Positions 13,581 through 24,718 of a stretch of DNA of 64,000 nt are shown in pieces. Origin of the DNA: Macrostomum lignano (taxonomy: Eukaryota); NCBI GenBank assembly GCA_002269645.1, contig NIVC01001362.1:62001-126000 (forward strand), in the 5' to 3' direction. The stretch's first letter is position 1. Every line of letters begins with the position of its first letter. A program made the position numbers and the translations under genes. The notes below the pieces were generated by a model, which was not told where the DNA came from, did no database searches, and saw only the letters and a program-made list of their open reading frames with translations.

Positions 13581-14162
13581 TTGGCTGCGTAATTTGTTGT
13601 TTGTTACACTCCCCCGGCCGTGAGGAACTCGATCATATCCGGAGCTCCCATTCGCACCTCTAGTTTTGTTTAAATAGACTGCCGGAAGTTAGCACCTATT
13701 TACACAGCAAAACAACTCCAATGTTCCCCCGTCCTCACTCATATCATCCCTCAAACAGGAGATTATATATTAGCCGGAAAAGCGTTGGCAAAAAATAAAT
13801 TAAATAGGCTTTATTATTATGAAAACATTATTACAATTACGCTTCAGGAATTGCAAAGATATATATAGTAATATTTTGTAAAATATTTTACAGAGAGTAC
13901 TTTAAATTTGTTATAAGTGCAAAAAGTATTTAACTGACCTCGAGCTTCTTTTAAATCAATTTGAGGACAACTTCGAAGGTCCTTCGAGAAGCTACTGTGC
14001 TATTAAACGAAAGCAGAAACTCGCATAATTGTCACTTTATAAATACACCAATACACTACCTAATTACCGATTATTTATTGCAAAACTTACTGTCAACTTA
14101 TTGGAGACAGTCATTCTGGTAGCTAAACTCTCCTTAAACAATCACAATCGCTATATTTGATA

Positions 14163-14174
14163 ATGGCAGCCGTG
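14163..14174 (+). CDS. PSMC5: Candidate first coding micro-exon of PSMC5 (MAAV)
   Basis: ATG GCA GCC GTG|gtaagc is a strong phase-0 donor compatible with the phase-0 acceptor at 19263/19264. The 19264 exon has no ATG before the conserved region, so an upstream start is required. Confidence 0.5.
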
Positions 14175-14562
14175 GTAAGCAAATACGAAGAGTTACGAAC
14201 TATTTTATATTCCAATTCGTCATATCTGTCATTGATAACTACAAATTTTCAATATATAATATATTGAATATATATAATATCGATATACCTATCTTTAAAA
14301 TGATTCAGTTTTACGTTTTAATTTTTTTAAATTTTAATTTAAGTTTTAATTAAACCCACTACTGTCCAATGACATGGACACAACTAGGGCCTAAGCTCTA
14401 GTGTAAGTGTAGTACTAGTACATTTAAAGAGGGCAGCAGATCCCAGAATGCCAAGACTCTAGATTGATGTAAAAATATTGGACCTAGTGAGATTTTGATT
14501 TTTTGAACTTCAATTAAGAGTATTTTTTATTTTTCAATAGAGAAACTTAGCCTAGGCCTAGC

Positions 14563-15059
14563 CCAGGATGGAATTCTTGTATTTCTTAAGTCAAACAGAA
14601 TTATGCAATTTTTTTATGGCATGCAAAATATTTTTTATTGGTTGCATTTTTTATTTTGGTACTTAGCACGTCGCAAAATGAAAATGGTAAAACAATAAGA
14701 CAATAATGAAAAATGCATTCTAAGAAAATGTAGTGATTTAAATTTTCGTCCAAATACATATGTTAGAGAATGTTACGATACGATTTTCTACTTTTCATAG
14801 AATTTTTTCGAATTTTTACTTTTGTGCCTTATTTAGTTTTTACTTTTTATTCTTTTTTTCTTTGTGATCTTAGCTAGTAGGATTATCTTTTGCAAAATCT
14901 AATATCTCAAGCGCACTTTTGCATAGGCCTATATTAAGAATTAGCAATTTTGTCTAAAATTCTGCAACGCATTTTTTCCGGATTTTTTGATACAAAATCG
15001 CATTTTTTTCTCACAATCGCATAACGCATTGCGATTTTTCTGCAAGAATTCCATCCAGG
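14563..15059. mobile_element. MITE with 17-bp TIRs and an 8-bp TSD
   Basis: TIR CC(A/T)GGATGGAATTCTTG (1 mismatch). Direct repeat GGCCTAGC at 14555-14562 and 15060-15067. Confidence 0.8.
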
Positions 15060-15286
15060 GGCCTAGCTAAGGCCTAGGTTAGGCCTATCAATCATATTAT
15101 GCATGACCATGTCCATTCCATGGCATAAGTAGGTCTAAATTTATTTCTCTAGGTTTTTGCTGGCATTAAGATACAAAATAATAATTAATAGGCCTCATAT
15201 ATTATAGGAATTAATTTTAATATGCAATTTCACTTGAAAGTGAAGATATTAATTAGCCTATTATATAGTATTCCTAATACATAGCC

Positions 15287-15949
15287 CCATAGTCAGGAAG
15301 GTGGCAGTTTGGTCGGAAAATTCCGGCGCACACAAGCCCTTTTTGGGCACACAACGGCGCACAACGGCGCACAGCGGCGCGCCACAACAGCGCACAGCGG
15401 CGCACTGGCGCACAGCGGCGCACAACGGCGCACACCAGAGGACACCGGCGCATGGCGGCGCGGCGCGGCGGGCGCCGCGCCACATGCAGCGTTACCCTTG
15501 TGGCGATCCCATGTAACGATGTAAGTCGTTACTTGTTACAGTACACTATTCACTGTTCTATCTAATGTAACACTGCATTCTACCAAAAAATAAAAAATAA
15601 AATAAAATATTTTCCTTTTCCTTTTTACCTTTGTTTTTGCCATTTGCTTACTTTTTATGTTTGTTTTGTTTTAAAAATTAGAAATTAAATTAAAAATTTT
15701 TTAAATTTCTATTTTCGGTTTAACGATCTCAATTTCTCATAATATAATATAGATAGCCCGTAACCGTCCCGTATATTGGCGCACAAAAATTGTTGCTATG
15801 TTGTAAAAAAGGTCTTTTATTGTCGCAAGGCAGGTAGTGGCGGGCGCACAACGGCGCACACGAGGGTTTTTGTGTCGGCGCACGGCGCACAATTTTGGGA
15901 GAGGCCAAAATTTGTTCCGGCGCACACTCTGCCACCTTCCTGACTATGG
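15287..15949. mobile_element. MITE with perfect 21-bp TIRs, an 8-bp TSD and subterminal GGCGCACA repeats
   Basis: TIR CCATAGTCAGGAAGGTGGCAG at 15287-15307 and its reverse complement at 15929-15949. TSD ACATAGCC at 15279-15286 and 15950-15957. Confidence 0.9.
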
Positions 15950-18004
15950 ACATAGCCTATAGTTAGGAGGGTGGCAGCTGTACACCAGAGCAATTTTAAA
16001 GATAGCTGATTATTCGCCAAAAATGTAAGTACATGCCCATATTCCAGAAGGCATAAATCATGCCAGAAAATTGTGATTTGGTTTGGCCTAAAAATTGTGG
16101 CATGTATTGGCATGTATTTGCTATATTACAAAGGGCATAGGCCTAATACACTAGAAAATCCTGGTATACAAATGTTTTAACTGGCATATAAATGCTTTAG
16201 CTAGTGTAAGTATGGCATACAATGAAGAAATACAGCTTTCTGACATATCATTAGCTTACAATCTAAATATACTAAATCTTTAATGTTTGTTTGTATGCTT
16301 GATTGAATGTCCATAACGCTCTAGATATTACAATTTATAATTATACATGTTCAAGCTTGCAACATAGCATTCAAAAGCATTGAAGTATATCATAATTGCA
16401 TAAATTATGCTTAACAATCCTTGCTTTAAAAAAAGTTAACTTCAAATTTAAAGAAATAAATTAATTTGGCTAAATAATATACGAAAAGTTTCTATAGTTA
16501 CTAGTAAAAAATACTATCTAAAACAATAGTAAACATAATAACTATTATATTTTACAAATTATTTCCATTTTTTAAATAATGTAGGTTTCCATTTTTTGTA
16601 GCAATTATTTGCCACGTGTATGCGCACATCGACCACTTATTGCATTAGTTATATGCTTTTTAATAATGCAATTTTTAGTGGCATACATTTTATTAGAATG
16701 CTTAATTGGTGTAATTTATTGGTGTATACTTTACTAAATAGCCAAATACTTTCCAGTGTACATGTAACACAATCTGCAATACAGTGTATTTGGATATTGC
16801 ATGCCAAAAGTAGCATATTAGCGTGCTATGGTGTGGAATAGCTGGCATAGAATGTGGCCTGGTATGATAATGGGGAATGTTTTGTTGAGACAAAAATTTG
16901 TGAAAAGACAATGTTGTGAAGACAAGAATTCAAACTTGTTTTTATTGCAAAATGACAATTCATTTTATTGTGCCAAAAAAAGAAATAGTATATTTGCATG
17001 CTATCAATAGTTTTAAAAAGTTGAAGACTTAGTTTTTTTGAAGTGCATTTTTTAAACATAAAAAGTTGCATGTTTTTTCTATATACACTTGTACAAACTA
17101 GTTTGGCATGCATTTGCTTGGCACTGATATGCATCTACTTGTCACTAGTATATCTACTTGGCACTGGCATGCATTGTTTCATAGCATTTTAGTGTGCACT
17201 CAACATTATTTGGACTATGGTTATATGCCAAAATTTTCTTTTAAAATGGTCATTTAACAAGGACAAGTATTTCCTAAAAAGAGATCTTTTAACTTGATGA
17301 CTGTTTTGTACAAAATAAAAATCAACATTCTTATTCTTACATTTTACATAGTCATTTTAAAAATAAAATAAAAATAGATGCTTTATTTATTGTGTTCCTA
17401 ATTTTTAGTTAAGGGTTAGGTTAGACAATATTAAATCTTATAATAATAAAATACAAGATTAAATTGATTTCAATATATCTTTTTCAAATAATACAAAGCT
17501 TATAGCTGAAAGTAGCAGTTTTCTTTGTACAACTTTAGTTTTTATATTCAAAATGGTATAAACTTTATGTTAAACTTTATGCTAACTCTATGCAAAACTT
17601 TTTACTTTCATTAAAATCACAAACTTGACTAATCTAATCAATACTATGCTAGATTTTTCCTCTGTCTATTGTTGCCCCAAAATGCGCCAATATTGTGCAT
17701 ATTCAACCCCCTTTTTGCTCCAGAATTTTCTATAAAAAGGCCATTTTCTTGACTATAGTCTTTGATAATATTCAGTAAATTGTAGCCTAATATTGACTTG
17801 AATGACCCAAATTGTGCTATACAATACCACATAATGCAGAGTTGGGCTAGGTGAGAAAGGATTGGGAAGAGTGGACATACATGCGCAATCTCCAAAATTT
17901 GGTCAGCAGTGCAACTTATTTTTAACAAAAAATGTAATCTAGTTTTTAGCCAAAAATGTAACTTACATGTAAAAGAAACCCTAAAGCAAAATTAATGCAA
18001 CTTT

Positions 18005-18068
18005 GGGTAGACAGCAGGAGTAACTATGACTATCTTATTAAGGCAAAATGCCTTGTTATCTACTTGGT
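18005..18068 (+). pseudogene. Decayed 28S rRNA fragment spanning the R2/I-PpoI target region
   Basis: acagcaggagtaactatgactatcttattaaggcaaaatgccttgttatctacttggt aligns by eye at 45/58 ungapped to the conserved 28S sequence ACGGCGGGAGTAACTATGACTCTCTTAAGGTAGCCAAATGCCTCGTCATCTAATTAGT. Confidence 0.6.
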
Positions 18069-19263
18069 ACTACTTGGGTATTTATTTGGGTGGGCATTTT
18101 TGCAACTTACCTTGGTTGGCCACCAAATCAGTTGGCCGGATCGGCTGACTTGGCTGACTGTTGCACATGTATGAGAGTGGATGATAAATATTGGATAGAT
18201 TGAAGATCTTACTCAGTTTTCTTTGTTTTTTTTTCAAGCATTTTCTAAATATCAAAATTGTTGGTCTAGTTAGAGACAGTGGGTAAAATACTATTAACTG
18301 GGGGCAAAAGGTGGCAACTTTGCAATGTTGCTAAGTATACATATATGCTAAAAAATTCTGGCATACAAAGAGATCTAGGATATACCACTGTCATTACAAA
18401 TTTGCATATAAAGGCGCCTAGCATATCCCTTAGTATATAGCTTGGCAAATAGAGATAGTAGGTAGGAGTTGTAGGACCAAGTTTTGAGTCCCAACTAATG
18501 TATATAGTTGATTAGTTGGCATACAAAAAATGACATAGTTCAAGTTTGGTGTAGTCTTTATATGCATAGATGGAATAGCTAAACTTTGATAAAAAAGTTC
18601 TTAAAATCAATGAATCACTAAAATAAAAAGAGTATTTAACTTAAGGTGTCTAATGAAAGTAAAACAAAAACAATTAGAAAATTGGTTCTTTATAGCTAAG
18701 TAAAATAATAGGTATGTTTAAAAAGTTTCAAGTTTGTAGGTTATTATTTTCAATTTTTGTCTTGGCATATTTTTGTATTTAATATACATCCATTGGCATA
18801 CATTGTCATACGGGAGCTAGGAAAGCAAATTTTAGTCTAGTGTACACCAATACACAATCCTAACACTATATATAGCAAGGCTTTGAAAGTAAAAAAATGC
18901 CCCTATCATTTAATCTTTTCAAACTCAATATGATAATAGTTTTTACATCTCATGAAATTTGGTCAAGTAATAAAATAGTTATAGTATTTTAATTGTCTTA
19001 ATTTTTTAAATAGTTTTATGCACATACATTATTAAACATGTGCAACACCCACCCAAATATATACACAGTTCTAATTAGATGACGAGGTATTTAGCTGTTA
19101 TCATACTGTAATAGTTACTCCCGCCGTTTACCCAAAATTACACAAAATTCTTGCTTCTTTTTTCATAGGGCCCAAACAAACGCAAAGGCCCCAATTTGCT
19201 GCATTTCGAGTCTCTAAAAGATTCTCTAAAACTAATTTAATTCAACCCCTTTCCGTCTCGCAG

Positions 19264-19587
19264 GAGGTGGTCTCAGGTCCGCACAGCGGCTCCCGCAAGC
19301 TGGGCAAGTCGCCACGACGCACTCGCGCCGACGAGGAGGTGAGCGGCGACGCCCTTCCCTCCGAGGCTGAGGCCAAACGCCAAACTGAGAGCATTCGCAG
19401 CTACTATCTGATCAAGATTGAAGAGTTCCAGCTGGCCGTTATTGACAAGGCGCAGAATTTGCGTCGTCTGGAGGCTCAGCGAAATCAGCTGAACGCTAAA
19501 GTTCGCCTGTTGCGCGAGGAGCTGCAACTGCTGCAGGAGCAGGGGTCCTATGTTGGCGAGGTGGTCAAGCCGATGAATAAGAAAAAG
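19264..19587 (+). CDS. PSMC5: 26S proteasome ATPase Rpt6, exon encoding the N-terminal coiled coil
   Basis: [15 protein letters not shown]...[36 protein letters not shown] matches Rpt6. Polypyrimidine/cag acceptor at 19263 and AAG|gtcaac donor. Confidence 0.93.
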
Positions 19588-19609
19588 GTCAACATTTAGC
19601 TTTGACTTC

Positions 19610-20400
19610 GTTTCCTGATTCTCTAGATCTAATTGCCCTTCCCCCAATCTTCTCATTTTCCTCTCTCTCTTGTTCTTTAAATGCCCTCTACCTGATTCTC
19701 TAAAAACCCTCTACCTAATCCTCTAATTGTCTAACTGGTCGTCTAATTGCCCTTTCCCTAATCATATAATTGCTCTCTCTCTAATATTCTAATTACCCTC
19801 TTCCTAATCCTCTAAGTTACCTCTATCTTATCCTCTAATTGCCCTCTTCCTAATTCTCTAACTGTACTCTCCTTAGTCCTCTAATTGCTCTTTACCTAAT
19901 CCTCTACTTGCCCTCTTTAATCCTATAATTGCCGTTTCCCTAATCCTCTAATTGCCCTAATCCTTTACCGTAATCCTCTAATTTCCCTCTCCCTAATCCT
20001 CTAATTGCCCTCTATCTCATCCTCTAGTTGCCCTCATCTCATCCTCTAATTGCCCTCTATCTCATCCTCTAGTTGCCCTCATCTCATCCTCTAATTGCCC
20101 TCTTCCTAATTCTCTAATTGCACTCTCCTTAGTCCTCTTATTGCCCTTTCCCTAATCATGTAGAATTACCCTCTTCCTAATCCTCTAATTACCCTCTTCC
20201 TAATCCTCTAATTGCCCTCTTCCTAATTCTCTAATTGCACTCTCCTTAGTCCTCTAATTGCCCTTTCCCTAATCATCTAATTTTCCATTCTAATCCTATA
20301 GTTTCCCTCTCCCTAATCCTCTAATTGCCCTCTCCCTATTTTTTTAATTGCTCTCTTTCTCCCTAATTCTTTAATTGCCGTCCTCGTTATCTAATTTTCC
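19610..20400. repeat. Degenerate pyrimidine-rich ~23-bp repeat (AATCCTCTAATTGCCCTCTTCCT-like) in a PSMC5 intron
   Basis: Recurrent CCTCTAATTGCCC motifs fill the intron. Confidence 0.85.
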
Positions 20401-20436
20401 TATCTTCTCTCGTCCTGCTAGCGCCCAGCCTAATGA

Positions 20437-21105
<669 letters not shown>

Positions 21106-21112
21106 TGAGGCT

Positions 21113-21960
21113 TGGTGATGTAACAGTGTCATGTCCGAGTGATGTACTAATGCGATGTCCGAGTGATGTACCAGTGTGATGTCCGAGTGATGTACCAGTG
21201 TGATGTCCGAGTGATGTACCAGTGTGATGTCCGAGTGATGTACCAGTGTGATGTCCGAGTGATGTACCAATGTCTTGTCTGAGTGATGTACCAGTGTGAT
21301 GTCCGAGTGATGTACCAGTGTGATGTCCGAGTGATGTACCAGTGTGATGTCCGAGTGATGTACCAGTGTCTTGTCTGAGTGATGTACCAGTGTGATGTCC
21401 GAGTGATGTACCAGTGTGATGTCCGAGTGATGTACCAGTGTGATGTCCGAGTGATGTACCAGTGTGATGTCCGAGTGATGTACCAGTGTGATGTCCGAGT
21501 GATGTACCAGTGTGATGTCCGAGTGATGTACCAGTGTGATGTCCGAGTGATGTACCAATGTCTTGTCTGAGTGATGTACCAGTGTGATGTCCGAGTGATG
21601 TACCAGTGTGATGTCCGAGTGATGTACCAGTGTGATGTCCGAGTGATGTACCAGTGTGATGTCCGAGTGATGTACCAGTGTGATGTCCGAGTGATGTACC
21701 AGTGTGATGTCCGAGTGATGTACCAGTGTGATGTCCGAGTGATGTACCAGTGTGATGTACCAGTGTGATGTCCGAGTGATGTACCAGTGTGATGTCCGAG
21801 TGATGTACCAGTGTGATGTCCGAGTGATGTACCAGTGTCTTGCCTGAGTGATGTACCAGTGTCTTGTCTGAGTGATGTACCAGTGTGATGTCTGAGTGGT
21901 GTACCAGTGTGATGTCCGAGTGGTGTACCAGTGTGATTTCCGAGTGATGTTCTAGTCATG
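21113..21960. repeat. 24-bp minisatellite (GTGATGTACCAGTGTGATGTCCGA) filling a PSMC5 intron
   Basis: About 35 near-identical units; source of the spurious MYQCDVRV, VHHSDITL and TRTSHWYI ORFs. Confidence 0.97.
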
Positions 21961-21997
21961 TACTAATTAGCTAATTGCTTTAACCTCTCCTGCCCAG

Positions 21998-22294
21998 GTT
22001 GTCATGGCCACCAACCGCATCGACATCCTGGACAGCGCCCTGCTCCGGCCGGGTCGAATCGATCGAAAGATAGAATTTCCGGCTCCTAGCGAAGAGGCCA
22101 GACAGGACATTCTGCGCATCCATTCGCGCAAGATGAACCTGACTAGGGGCATCAATTTGCAGCGCATAGCCGAACTCATGCCCGGAGCGTCTGGCGCCGA
22201 AGTCAAAGGCGTGTGCACCGAGGCCGGCATGTACGCCCTGAGGGAGCGCCGGGTGCACGTCACTCAGGAGGACTTCGAGTTGTCCGTGGCTAAG
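21998..22294 (+). CDS. PSMC5: Rpt6 exon: sensor 1, arginine finger and lid
   Basis: [27 protein letters not shown]...EDFELSVAK; 99 codons; splice sites ccag|GTT and AAG|gtgaat. Confidence 0.98.
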
Positions 22295-22409
22295 GTGAAT
22301 TGTGGCATTTTTGTTTTACCAACTTGCTACTGGTAGCAGTAGTTTTAAAAGCTTTTGTATAAGCACACACCTGGCAAGCTGCTCACTATAGTGATCAACA
22401 AATATCAGT

Positions 22410-23436
22410 AAAGTGACTAGAAAGTTATTAGAGTGACTAGAAAGTCAGTAGAGTGACTAGAAAGTCAGTAGAGTGACTAGAAAGTCAGTAGAGTGACTAG
22501 AAAGTCAGTAGAGTGACCAGAGAGTTATTAGAGTGACTAGGAAGTCATTAGAGTGACTAAGAAGTCAGTTGAGTGACTAGGAAGTCAGTAGAGTGACTAG
22601 AAAGTCAGTAGAGTGACCAGAGAGTTATTAGAGTGACTAGGAAGTCATTAGAGTGACTAAGAAGTCAGTAGAGTGACTAGAAAGTCAGTAGAGTGACTAG
22701 AAAGTCAGTAGAGTGACTAGAAAGTCAGTAGAGTGACTAGAAAGTCAGTAGAGTGACTAGAAAGTCGGTAGAGTGACCAGAGAGTTATTAGAGTGACTAG
22801 GAAGTCAGTTGAGTGACTAGGAAGTCAGTAGAGTGACTAAGCAATCAGTTAAGTGACTAGGAAGTCAGTAGAGTGATTAGAAAGTCAGTTGAGTGACTAA
22901 GAAGTGCGTAGAATGACTAGGAAGTCAGTAGAGTGATTAGAAAGTCAGTTGAGTAACTAGGAAGTCAGTTGGGTGACTAGGAAGTCAGTAGAGTGACTAG
23001 AAAGTCAGTAGAGTGACTAGAAAGTCAGTAGAGTGACTAGAAAGTCAGTAGAGTGACTAGAAAGTCAGTAGAGTGACTAGAAAGTCAGTAGAGTGACTAG
23101 AAAGTCGGTAGAGTGACCAGAGAGTTATTAGAGTGACTAGGAAGTCATTAGAGTGACTAAGAAGTCAGTTAAGTGACTAGGAAGTCAGTAGAGTGATTAG
23201 AAAGTCAGTTGAGTGACTAAGAAGTGCGTAGAATGACTAGGAAGTCAGTAGAGTGATTAGAAAGTCAGTTGAGTAACTAGGAAGTCAGTTGGGTGACTAG
23301 GAAGTCAGTAGAGTGATTAGAAAGTCAGTTGAGTAACTAGGAAGTCAGTTGGGTGACTAGGAAGTCAGTTGAGTGACTAGGAAGTCAGTAGAGTGATTAG
23401 AAAGTCAGTTGAGTGACAAGAAAGTCAGTAGAGTGC
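22410..23436. repeat. 20-bp minisatellite (GTGACTAGAAAGTCAGTAGA) in the last PSMC5 intron
   Basis: About 50 units with variants; the array ends at the LTR insertion site. Confidence 0.97.
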
Positions 23437-23697
23437 TGTCGGATTTCCATCCTCCAATTATTTGTACTTTCTGTTTTGCAATTCAGCCTTGTACTTTTCA
23501 GTTAGCCGACTCCCTTCGTCTACCATGCTCTTCCCCACAGACAATCTCAATCGTTAATTCACCATAGATTATACAACTAACCTGTTCATTCTGTTAGTAT
23601 AAATACAAGTTAATCTGGCGGCTTAGGCCCTTCACCTCTCTCTCTTCCTTTCTGCACCACTTAAATCTCGTTCTATTAGTTTATTGTCTATTCGACA
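23437..23697 (+). repeat. LTR 1 (261 bp)
   Basis: TG...CA ends with a 5-bp terminal inverted repeat and an internal TATAAATA; identical by eye to LTR 2 and LTR 3. Confidence 0.97.
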
Positions 23698-23701
23698 ATT
23701 T

Positions 23702-23765
23702 TGGTAGCAGAGCGTGGTTACGATCCACGGACCTCTGGGTTATGGGCCCAGCACGCTTCCACTGC
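23702..23765 (-). pseudogene. 64-nt copy of mature initiator tRNA-Met (position 12 to CCA), antisense to the element; the first 18 nt are the PBS
   Basis: The reverse complement reads GCAGTGGAAGCGTGCTGGGCCCATAACCCAGAGGTCCGTGGATCGTAACCACGCTCTGCTACCA. It has a CAT anticodon, the iMet GGG/CCC anticodon stem, the iMet ATCG T-loop and an encoded CCA, with T at position 58. Confidence 0.95.
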
Positions 23766-23775
23766 TGACTTTCAG

Positions 23776-24457
23776 CCGCTGACTCCGGCTCACCTCCTCG
23801 GGGTTGGCCCTCACCTGTTACTTCCGGGCCACCACGACGCCTTCCTGCCTGCCGGTACTTCCACTGCTGACCGCCTCCGAGCTCTTCATCGCCGCCGCGA
23901 CGCCATCCTTAACGAGTTCTGGGGCCGGTGGAGACAGGAGTACCTCAGCCATCTCCGGTCAGTCCATCTACAAGAACGGCATCGCCACAGACAGCACACC
24001 AGCGACGGCATCAGCTTTCAACCCGGCCAAGCCTGTCTGCTGGCTGAACCTACGCCTCGAGCGACATGGAAAGTGTGCCGGATTCTGCAGCTGCATCCGG
24101 ACCCAACCGGTGTCGTCCGGTATGTGACCATCCGCACCGTATCTGGCCACGATGTCCGGCGATCCATTGGACACCTCGTACCCCTCGAGTGTGACATCAA
24201 CGGCCCGCTTGCCGGCCCGCCTGCCGGCCCGCCTGCCGGCCCGCCTGCCGGCCCGCCTGCCGGTCCACCTGTCCGCCCGCCGACTGGCCAATCACCCCGC
24301 GACAAGCGCGCCATACGCCGGCAAAAAATCCGTGACGGCATTTTTGACGCCTGAACTGAACTACATAACCGAATACTCACAGTCACAAGTTAATAATTCT
24401 ACCGTTTTACCGTTCAAAATCCCCGCTATTTATCGTTACCTGTTGGCCCCCCGAGCC
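23776..24457 (+). mobile_element. Duplicated 3' internal segment of the element (integrase C-terminal region and 3' UTR)
   Basis: Identical by eye to 27240-27921 (offset 3464); the ORF track gives the same translations at both places. Confidence 0.95.
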
Positions 24458-24718
24458 TGTCGGATTTCCATCCTCCAATTATTTGTACTTTCTGTTTTGC
24501 AATTCAGCCTTGTACTTTTCAGTTAGCCGACTCCCTTCGTCTACCATGCTCTTCCCCACAGACAATCTCAATCGTTAATTCACCATAGATTATACAACTA
24601 ACCTGTTCATTCTGTTAGTATAAATACAAGTTAATCTGGCGGCTTAGGCCCTTCACCTCTCTCTCTTCCTTTCTGCACCACTTAAATCTCGTTCTATTAG
24701 TTTATTGTCTATTCGACA
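24458..24718 (+). repeat. LTR 2 (261 bp), joined directly to mid-RT with no PBS
   Basis: Same sequence as LTR 1; CGACA is followed immediately by cctgttgacc (LLTSLLQVLL... of RT). Confidence 0.97.

Noticed and set aside
23702-23765. Functional tRNA-iMet gene
   Set aside because: It lacks the first 11 nt (acceptor 5' strand and part of the A box), encodes CCA, has an altered B box, and starts precisely as a PBS.
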